From Eledone cirrhosa (lineage: Eukaryota), in assembly GCA_964016885.1 (NCBI GenBank), contig OZ024741.1, forward strand, positions 312,914,001 to 312,978,000: a DNA stretch of 64,000 bases, given 5' to 3'. Positions within the stretch are counted from its first letter, which is position 1. Each line of letters starts with the position of its first letter. Both the position numbers and the translations under genes were made by a program. Shown here one piece after another: positions 54,101 to 64,000 of the stretch. Under the pieces are notes generated by a model, which had not been told where the DNA came from, did no database searches, and saw only the letters and a program-made list of their open reading frames with translations.

Positions 54101-56932
54101 GGCAATTAAAGTAGAGTCGATTAGGTTTAGCAAAGGACTAGTGATACAGGAAAATAGAGTAGAGGGAGAGCTATTCAGAAAGCTAGAAGAGGCGTTTAGG
54201 ATAATAATCGCAAACGACGTGCTTGCGGCGAGATTGGCACTCGACCAATTTTTCAACGCAAAACACGAAGACTGCGTTGTCAGAGCTAGAGTGCGTGCTC
54301 TAAAACACGAGGAGACAAAAGCTGTCCAATGGGCCCGGGTGGCAGACGCGATGTGGTATCAACACCACAATTCGGTCTTTGTCTGACCAAAACGGGTGCG
54401 TGTTGCTCGAACCCGTGAAGATGTGTGAAGCTTTTCACAGCAGCTCCTTGCTGAACTGTTCGGGAGCAGCGGCGTCCCGGATCGAGTCATGGACTTCAGT
54501 GCATGCCTCGACGGACTGCCTCGGCTCTCGACGACCGCAGCACAGTGTTGCAAAAAGCCAATAACAGCCGGTGAAATACGGGAAGCGATGGCTAACTGCA
54601 TGAGGGGTAAAGCACCAGGATTGGATGGTCTGCCCTTCCAGCTTCATGCATTTATGCCAGACTTGTTCGGTGTCCTCTTGGCAGACGTCTACTGCAACTG
54701 GCAGCAGAACGGGAGCATTCCAGATTTGTGAGCCGGGGAGGGGTGGCGCTGCTGAGAAAAGACCCGAATAAGGGGGATGTTATCGATCATTTCAGGCCCA
54801 TAACCCTGCTAAACGCAGAGTTGAAGATTTTGGCCATGGTGTTAGCAACGAGGTTGGCGCTTGTCGTCAAGGGTCTGGTGGGAGAAGCGCAGACATGCGC
54901 CATTGCGGATAGATCCATACACGAAAACCTCCACCTCATGCGATACATCGTAGAAAGGGTGTTTAAGGAACCTGGCACGGGTAGGGCCGTGATCAACTTG
55001 GATAAATCCAAAGCATTCGATAGGGTCGACCATCGGTACCTGGCGGCGGTCCTCGAGGCAGCCGGTATCCGAGAAGTTTTCAGGGTTTGGATCGCTGCGA
55101 TGTACAGCAACATCTGCTCAGTTGTGAGGGTGAAGGGTCACCTGTTGCAGCCGTTCAACATCATGCGCTCGGTACGCCAGAATTGTCCCCTCTCGTCCCT
55201 CTTGTACGTATTGGCTCTCGAGCCGTTACTGCACAAACTGGCGGCGATGAGGGGCGTCCCACGCGAACTAGGATGCGGGAAATCCAAGTAGGCTTACGCC
55301 GACGACATCACCTTGGTGGTGTCGAGCACCAGACACGTCCAGTTGCTCGGCACCACTCTCAAGGAATACGAAGCGGTGACAGGAGCAAAGATAAACTAGG
55401 AAAAGTCGGTGGGCTGGCAGCTCGGCACCTGGAGAGGCAAGTCCGTGCCGTCCGACAGCATCGTGGGGCGTTGGACGGACAGACCGGTAAATTGCTCAGG
55501 ATCTCGTTCGGAGCGGACCTCCAGATGGAGAAAAACTGGACCAAGGTGACGAGCAAGGTGGCCGCCCGCACCCAGAAATGGGCCGAGAGGAAGCTGTCCC
55601 TAAAAGGTCGGGTGTATGTGGCGAATGCGTACATCGCATACGTCATCTGCTACCTCCTCACCGTCATCCCTTGCCCCGGCCCAAATCTCACTAAAATGGA
55701 GCGCCTCCTCTTCCGCTTTTTGTGAACGGGACGTGCTCCCATGGTCAGACGATCCATCTGCTGTCAACACCCGTTGCGTTGTGTGGAGGACTGGGCATGC
55801 CATGGCTTATGTTGTGCAAACATCCGCTGAGGCTGCGACATCTCTGGTGCTTCCTTGACGGTGAACAGGTGTGGTCGCCGTTCGCCAGGCGTCTCCTTGA
55901 CGGAGCTGCAGTCCTGGGTCAGAAAAAGACCGAGGGATAGGGCTTGGAAACTGGAATATCTCCAGGCGATCACTGCCCTCTGCCAGCTGGGCACCAGTGT
56001 CGGTGAAACATCCACCTCGGCGTTCTATAGAGGACAAGTGGAGGGGAAGCGCGACAAAGTTCTCGGAGAGATCCTGGGCGTCGAAGAAGATCAGCTGTTT
56101 GCTCTCTTCCGGAGAATTTTCAGCCCAGGCCCTAGGGATATCTTCCAAAAATCCCTGGCCTGGCAGTACTACCGGTGAGCGCTGCCGGTTCGAGATAAGC
56201 TCTACAGGCAGGTAAGTTCCGTCAGCCGAGCCTGTCCGAGATGCGCGCAGAGCGACGAAAGAGTCGTGCACGCACTCGTCCAGTGCCCGATCATTGCTGA
56301 CTTGTGGAGCTATGTCGAACAGTTGCTGTCGCGTGTAGGACTGATCCGGTTATCGACTGAGTCCATTGTGCTGAGTGTCTCGCCGTCTTCCTTCGAGGAG
56401 GAAGGGCAGACGGTTTTCATCTGCCTGGTGGCCATGGCGAAAGAGATTGTGTGGTGGACAAGGTTAAAAGGGTTAAAGACAGAAACTTTCTACTTCGGCG
56501 AATCCCTAATTAAGTTTCACTTGAAGAGGAAAATCGGCGTGGAGAGGCAAGTGCTGCCTTCTAGCAAGTTTGTTGAAACGTGGGTGAATGTAGCGAGAAT
56601 GGTCCCGAGTGAACGGGACCGCTCTGAATATACGTCTGTAGTTTGAGAAATGGAAAAATTGAGAGGGGGCACTTGCCCTGGTGGTCAGGGTGGCCGTGGT
56701 CTTTTGTATGGTTTTCGGCACGAGTAACTCTCGGAGGTTTACTCCCTATTGGTGAATTTTTCATTGTTTCAATTTTCATTTTTATTGTTTATATATATAT
56801 ATGTTTCTATGTTTTTTTTTCTTTTCTTATAAAAATAATAAAAATATTTACACGCACAAAACCCACATCGTACCGTCCTGTGCCGTCTGTAATGTTTTTC
56901 TTGATGTCAGCCCTTGTGGCCAATAAAGAAAT
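51150..56932 (+). mobile_element. Full-length but frameshifted Tx1-clade L1 LINE (third ORF1 type) inserted in (ATT)n
   Basis: (ATT)n 5' flank, Asn-rich ORF1 from about 51361 to 53219, ORF2 ATG at 53252 with GDWN, YLDR, KAPGLDGLP, KAFDRVDH, AYADD and HALVQC; AATAAAGAAATC then (ATT)n. Confidence 0.94.
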
Positions 56933-56940
56933 CATTATTA

Positions 56941-56999
<59 letters not shown>

Positions 57000-57015
57000 T
57001 TTTTTTTTATTGTTA
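56933..57015 (+). repeat. (ATT)n tract between the Tx1 (+) and Dong (-) tails
   Basis: Seen directly. Confidence 0.95.
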
Positions 57016-60000
57016 TTTGAGTCTCAGTCATTGATGTTAGTTAACTGGAAAGTTTGTTGAAATGAATATCAAGCCACTACCGGCAGCCTCAGATATTCAG
57101 GACGTATCGGAGGGTTCTTGCTGTTCACAGTAAGCATACCTTTTAAAGTGTTCCAAAAAGCGGGGCGGGGCCAATTTTCTTTAAACGTTCCTGGAAACAT
57201 TTTGAGATAGCACCTAGTGCGCCTATGACAATCGGGACCACTTTGATTTCATGGCAGTTCCAAATCCTTTTTACCTCCCACTTTAAGTCCTGGTATCGGT
57301 TAATGTTCTCCCTCTCCTTCTCTTGCACTCTCGTGTCGAATGGGCAGGCTACACCACAATCAGGCACGATCTTTTTTCCTTGTCCAAAACCACCATGTCA
57401 GGTCTATTGTGTTCCAGTTTCTTGTTCGTCTGTATCCTAAAATCCCATAGCACCTTCACCTGATCGTTTTCTATCACCGACTCTGGATTATGCTCATACC
57501 TCTTCTCAGAATGTGGTAAATTGTTTACTTTGCATAGGTGCCAGCGGATCACCCTGCCCATCACATCATGTCTCCAGCCCTTATAGTGAGTCTGGGCTAG
57601 GTGTTTACACTCGGTTACAATGTGAGCCACAGTCTCTTCTCTCTCTCCACAGATACTACACAGTGAGCTAGCTTCCTCCTTGTAAATATGGTGTTTCACC
57701 CACTTCGTTTTGAGTGCCTGCTCTTTCGCAGCCATTAGCATTCCTTCTGTAGCCTTTTTTAAGGTCTCCTCTTTTCAACCAGTTCCATGTCTGTGGATCT
57801 CTGAATTCCGTTTTCTCAAAGAAGGTCTATTGTCCTCTCCTTCAGTACAATTTTGAGCATTGGCTCCCTACTGTCAGTCACATATTTGTACAGGTTGTTT
57901 TTCTCCATCTGAACACAGTCCTCTATGCTGATAAGACCTCTTCCACCTTCAGATCTCCTTAAGTAGAATCTATCGACATCACTCCTCTTGTGGAACATAT
58001 TGTAGATAGTCAATAGCTTCCTAGTCTTCCTATCCATTTCTTTTTGTTCAGCAATATTCCATTTCAGAATTATCTCACTGTACCTAATAATAGACACAGC
58101 TCGAGAATTTACTGCATTTATGACATTCCTACTATTCAGGCGTGATTTTAATACGCTCCTAACTTTCCGAATGTACTCAGATCTTATCAATTCCTTCATC
58201 TTTTAGTTCTTGATGTCATCTGCCTCCAGAACACCTAAATATTTGTATCCTTCTTCAGTGTCAATTTATTTTATCATATCACCTGTTGGTACCTGGATTC
58301 CGTTGCTTCTGCTCAATTTACCCCTCTTCATCACAAGGACTCCACACTTACTAATACCAAATTCCATACATATATCTTTGCTGAAAATACGGACAGTGCC
58401 AACAAGAACATCCAACTCTTTCTCACTCTTCCCGAAGAGCTTAAGATCGTCCATGAAGAGGAGGTGATTGATGGTAAGCTCTCCCTTTCCCAACTTGTAC
58501 CCTGCTCTCACTTTTCGCAGTATAATGGTCACGGGCATCAGGGCAAGGACAAACAACAGAGAGGACAGACTATCTCCCTGGAAGATACCTCTCTTGATCT
58601 TCACGCCTCCCATGGATTCTCCAGCTGATGTTAACTCTTTTTTCCAGGACTTCACACTTTTGCCTAACAATTGTCTTATGTTATCGGCCACCTTGAAGAT
58701 CTATAGGCTTTTGGTGATCCAAGAATGAGGAACCATGTCAAATGCCTTTTTGTAGTATATCCATCCCATGGCAAGACCTGTGTGTCTCCTCTTGCAATTC
58801 CTCATTACCATCTTATCAATAAGTAACTGGTCCTTTGTACCACGGGACTTCTTTCGGCATCCTTTCTGTTCGTCCGGTAACAAGTTGTTTGTGTGGAGGT
58901 GATGGTAGATTTCCTCTGTCACAATGATTGTCAACGGTTTCCACATTACGGACATACATGTGATAGCTCAATAGTTGGTAACATCATTACCCTTGATTCG
59001 GTCTTTCATTACCAGAACTGTGGTACCTTTTGTCAACCACTCTGGAACCTCACTTGACATCAAGCAGTCATTGAACATGGTTGTCAGTTTCGGGTGGAGG
59101 GATGTTATATTTTTAATCCAATACCCCTGCACACCATCTGGCCCTGGTGATTTCCAGTTGGCTAGTTTTTTAGCCTGCCCCTTAAGTGTTTCAAACGTGA
59201 TACTCAATTCAGTTTGTTGGTGTGCCTGTTCACTAATCTCCTTCTGTACTGTCTCAATCCACACTGGCTGGTCATTATGTTTAACATCCTGCTCCCATAT
59301 TCCTCTCCAGAATGACTTAGTTTGTTCCGCCTCAGGGATCAAGTCGTTGCCTCTTTCTTTCCCTTCAAGCTGTCCAAACAACATCTTCTGGTTGTTGTCA
59401 AACATGCGGTTCTGTCTATACTGACTGACTCTGCTCTCGTATCGCCTAATTTTTGCAATCTTTGCTACAATGCGTTGCTTCAGTTCCTCTATGATAATAT
59501 TTAGCTTTTTCCTCCTAGTTTTGTACTTTATTTCCAGTCCAGTTTTAGTGTCTATGTTTTTTAGTGTCCCATTGAGTAGGCACTCAAACTTTCCAATGTC
59601 ATTTCTAACTTCCCTGATTTGACCATTCAATCGTTTCTTCCACCAAGGTTCTGATCTTTCTTGTTTGTTGTTTCCTCTCTCTTTTATGCCAAGTAATTTC
59701 CTCACCGCATTTGCTGTTGCTTTGAGGATATTGTTACACTGGTGAAGGCTCCTCGCCTCAAATTATGGGATGACTTTGTTTACCTTAGCTGTTGTTTCTT
59801 TTAACTTTTTCCTGTCTACATATCTTAGGTTCATAGGTTTTCCACTATCATTGTTCATTTCATCTACCACTAAGTTTAAAATATCAACCAAATCTTTTCC
59901 TAGCACGTCAGCATTCATCTCTTCAATGGCTGTATCTTTGTTCCAGGTATTATTATTTCATCATTCAGATCATTGTCTGCTTCGGATGGTTGCTCCGTTC

Positions 60001-60770
60001 TCTCAACCTCTTCACCTTCATTTCCCACTGGCTCGTTTGCCTGGCATACTCCACTCTCCATTTCCAACCTAATCTCTCTGCTCAGTTCCTCCAGTTCCAG
60101 CACGCTTATCCACCCATTATTTCTTATTACCCGAGCCTGCCTGGCCAATTTTTGTTCATCTAATTTAAATAGTACAATCTCGTTCCAGATGTTATGCATA
60201 CGTTTCCTATAGCCTTTTTCTTTGGGGTTACTCTTCAGGTAACATTGTATAACAGTTCTATTCAATTCTTTCGTCCAGTTGGTTCTGGTCTCTTTCCTTC
60301 TTCTTACTCCGACACCAGCAGTATTTGGTTGACAGCCAGGTCCCTGCTGCTGAGCTAAGGAGCACCTGCTGGGCGAGAGTCTGTCACATGACATTCCAGT
60401 CTCCATTTCACCGTTATTCCAACTGTTTAGGTTCGACATTTAAATACTCTTATCGAGGATTGGTGATTGTATGGTTACATAAACACCGGTGATTTCATCA
60501 CCTCCAGTGATTTGATCACCCTCGGTGATCTTAGCGTGGCACTATCACGCTGTAGACGAACATAAATAAACAAACAAACAAATAGGTAAAAACCAATAAA
60601 AATAAGCATAAGTTTCATTGTAATGTAATGTTTCAATGTCTGACTTAGTTTTCTTGCTTGTCTGTCTTACTGTTTGTTTTTCTTTTCTTCTTTTCTTTAC
60701 GTTTTTCGTTGCTGCTGTTTTGATTTTGATTTTTGATTTTTTGATTTTATGACCGGGTCATCAAACCAGT
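57015..60770 (-). mobile_element. Near full-length R4/Dong-clade element (single ORF from 60439, several frameshifts); 5' end may extend to 61330
   Basis: WTKELN..VIQCYLKSNP..KGYRKRM..IW, WKSPGPD, EQKGC....[69 protein letters not shown]. Confidence 0.93.
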
Positions 60771-61343
60771 CTATTTATATCTTTTGATGCCTTCCTCATT
60801 TAGTGGGAATACTACGATGCCTGTCTTAGCAGGAGGTAGTGGGAGAGAATAGCGGCGGTAGCGATAATGAGGTAGTGGTGGTGGTGGTGATGTGCTAGTA
60901 GTACTTAGCAGGAGATAGTGGAAAGAATAGCGGTGGTAGCGATAATGAGCAGCGGTGGTGGTGATGTGATCGTATTACTGTAGTGATGGTGTTGAAGTTG
61001 AAGTAGAAATAGAAGTTGACGTAACTTAACTAGAGTTTTTGGCGTGGTAGTGGTGATTGTAGCGGTGGTGGTGTTTGTGGTGAAATTATTTGCCTGTCTC
61101 TGCACTTAGCCATTTTTTTCTTTTTCGACTATAACATTTCTGATCCAAAATTAAATATTAAATATTGGGGTCCTATGCCGTAATGTGATGCGTTGTCGCT
61201 TACTGAGGTTCAAAACTGTAATCTTATATTTCACTTGTAATAAGAATTATTCTATCACAGTTGTTTTAAATAAGTAAAAATCCAAAACTTACGGTAGCGA
61301 TTCCATAACGATATATATCCACCATGCGCGTTATTATTATTAT

Positions 61344-62330
61344 CCTGGGTCAAACGAAGACCGAGAGGGAGCGGTTGGAGACTGGAATGTCTTCAGGCGC
61401 TCACAGCCCTCGACCAATAGGGCAATGTGATCGGTGGGAACTCCACCTCGGCTTTCTATAGAGGATTAGTGGAGGGGAAGAGCGACGACGTAATTGGGGA
61501 AACTCTAGGCGTCGACGAAAATCAACTAGCCAATATTTTCGGAAGAACTTTCGGGCAGGGGCCTATGGACAACTTCCAGAAATTTCTGGCCTGGCAGTGC
61601 TACCGAGGAGCCTTGCCAGTTCGAGATAAACTCTACAGGCATGGAGGTGCCGTCAGCCGGGCATGTCCGAGATGCCCGCAGGGCGACGAAACCGTCCTGC
61701 ACGCACTCGTCCAGTGTCCGAAAATTGCTGACTTGTGGGTTTATGTCGAACAACTGCTGTCGCGTGTAGGATGGATCCGGCTATCATCTGAGTCCATCGT
61801 GAGGATTGCCCCGCCCTCTCCCTTTAGCTGGGAAGGGCAGGCAGTTTTTATCTGTCTGGTGGCCATGGCGAAAGAGATAGTATGGTGGACATGTTTGAAA
61901 GGGCTGAAGACGAGCACTTACCTCTTCGGTGATGCCCTTATTGACTTTTTCAAATTTCATTTGAAAAGGAAAATCAGAGTAGAGAGGGAAGTGCTCTCTT
62001 CCCAGCATTTTGTTGAAAGATGGGTGAGAGAAGCAAGAATGGCCCGAGTGAATGGGCCTACTCTGAGTATGTATCTGTAAATTAAAGGTGGAAAACTGGG
62101 AGAGTTCACTTCCCATGGTGGTCAGGGCTACTGTAGCCTTTTACTGGGCTTTCTGCACAAGTGTCCCTCCGAAGTCTCCCCCCTATTGGGGAATTTTTCA
62201 TTGTTATTTTTTGTTACATCCTCTGTTTTTGTTTTTTACACGCAGAAATGCCCATTTGTGGCGTCCTGTATTGTCCTGCACTGTCCTTAATGTCTACTTT
62301 ATGTAAACCCTTGTGGTTAATAAAGAAATC
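61344..62330 (+). mobile_element. Tx1 3' fragment (same family as 9689-15245), 5'-truncated, in (ATT)n
   Basis: ORF 61427-62080 is nearly identical to the C-terminus of 9934-11658; same 3' UTR; TTA repeats on both sides. Confidence 0.93.
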
Positions 62331-62351
62331 ATTATTATTATTATTATTATT

Positions 62352-62528
62352 AGGCGGTGGATTGGCAGTATTGGTAGAGGGTCGGACGCCATTCTTTGAC
62401 GCATAGTGTTACGGCCCTTGCCATTCTGAGTTCAAATCCCGCCGAGGTTAACTTTGCCTTCCATCCTTACGGGGTCGATAAAATAAAGTACCAGTAATAC
62501 ACTGGCCTTGTGCCTAACGTAGAAGCAA
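62352..62528 (+). mobile_element. Full-length SINE (Nin/Deu-like) between two (ATT)n tracts
   Basis: A-box-like TGGCAGTATTGG, B-box GAGTTCAAATCC, core CCTTCCATCCTTACGGGGTCGATAAAATAAAGTACCAG, (ATT)n tail. Confidence 0.88.
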
Positions 62529-62557
62529 TTATTATTATTATTATTATTATTATTATT

Positions 62558-64000
62558 GGCGACCTACGTAGTAAATCGTATCATCGTGAGCTCCGCAAAG
62601 GTTTGTTATTTCCGTTTGTTAAAAATTGTCATTTATGGAAAGTTTTACTGTTAACTGTTTATAAGCGCACATACATTGTTTTCCGAAAAGGACACCCAAA
62701 AAGATTGGGGCCTTGTGCCCAAAATTTAAACTTTTATTATTATCAAAAAATTTCTTTGAAAAAAATGGCTAATTCACCTCTGCAACAAGCAGCTGAAAGC
62801 CTTCCTCACAAATTAACACCTCACACCGACACCACCATTGTAAATGTTACTACGTTTGCCAACACAAAAAAAAATATAAGCAGTAGCAATATTTTAAATT
62901 TGTCTCAGGCAGACATTCATTTCCCGCTATTACCAATGACTGCACGTGTTAAAGCCTCTACCACCACCACCACCGCGACAACCACCACCACCACCACCAC
63001 CGCGACAACAGAAACAAAAGAAGAAAAAAATAAATTAACTCGTGATGCCGAAATGAAATCAAGCAAAATGGACTCTTCCCCACCAAAGACGACTGACGTC
63101 ACCACCACCACAACTGAAACTAAAATTAATATTAACGATAGCAACAACAACAACAATGACATTATAACCCCCCCCCCCTCAGTTTCGCCATAGTAGCAAA
63201 ACAATTCGAAGCTTTTACGGTAACACAGGAAGATTTAGAAAATGCCAAACAAATGGTAAAGAAAGATGGGTACAGGGTCAGCCTCCTCCCCACACCTAAT
63301 AAAATGGAGCATCGGCGCCTATGCACCGTGTCGTATAGAACAATAAATGTAAAATCGCGCCGAGTGGAACGGGCATCCGAGTCCCAAATCCAAAAAGCTT
63401 TGGGACATGTGTGGGAAAGAAAAACCCACATCAGACGTGGGCAAAAGTATGGAACCGTGGATGTGTTCTTTGAAACACCAGAGGAGGCTAGAGAACACTC
63501 CATGGCCCCATTAAAAAGTGACGACTTCACACTCCTCCCAAGCTATTGTGGCCAGAGACTCGTAAAGATCAGGGTGACCCACGTTCCACCGGCCATCGAA
63601 ATTCCCTGGATAATAGCGGCTGTTCTCGCCGGCATCGAAGCCAACACGAAAATAATAGCAATAGCAAAAGAAAAGCAGGAAAACTGGTCCGGTTCTGGGA
63701 TGGAGCTCCTAATCCAAGCGGACCAAAAAAGCATTGAGGAGATCCTAGAGGTAATAGACCTCACTGACGGCAGCCACCTCACGGTAATTGTCGAGGGCAG
63801 AAGACCTAGGTGTGTCGTTTGTGGTGAAGGAACCCACCTAAGGGTTTTCTGCCCTCAGGCTAAAAGGTTGAGGCCACCTCTCCTACCCACCCCAGTGACA
63901 CAACCATCAACACCACCAGTAGCAGAGATGGCAGCAACAACTGTAGCAGCAACAACAGAAGCAACTATAACAGCAACAACCCCAGCAACAGTAGCAAAAC
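62558..64000 (+). mobile_element. 5' part of a Tx1-clade LINE (5' UTR and ORF1), continuing past the window
   Basis: Starts right after (ATT)n; ORF1 MANSPLQ (62765) with a frameshift at the C run near 63170; RRGQKYGT; 63590-64000 is nearly identical to the reverse complement of 14840-15245, including the CCHC knuckle. Confidence 0.92.

Overview
AT-rich eukaryotic (metazoan) DNA, probably octopus/cephalopod; this is inferred from the SINE families, the (TA)n density and the LINE repertoire, not confirmed by any search. Most of the window is intronic sequence of a minus-strand host gene built from tandemly duplicated 135-bp phase-1 exons, each encoding one 8-Cys EGF/laminin-EGF-like module (MEGF10/11- or SREC-like). 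Two exons are intact (6520-6654, 28305-28439) and three are decayed; a segment at about 4.55-8.0 kb is duplicated at about 43.9-51.05 kb. The introns hold Tx1-clade L1 LINEs, R4/Dong-type REL LINEs, Penelope-like elements (PLEs) of two linker types, Nin/Deu-type and Meta-type SINEs, and Helitrons. Main observations: (1) nine hammerhead ribozyme motifs from six families, including U3-A8 core variants and a non-coding 430-470-nt tandem hammerhead repeat resembling a retrozyme (circRNA-producing element); (2) two retroelement chains strung on (TAA)n tracts with strand polarity, Dong on the TAA strand and Tx1 plus SINE on the ATT strand; (3) repeated inverted-3'-end architecture of PLE insertions in (TA)n; (4) a splice-donor plus pyrimidine-tract motif at the ORF1/ORF2 junction of three divergent Tx1 families. 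TE boundaries were read by eye and are approximate.
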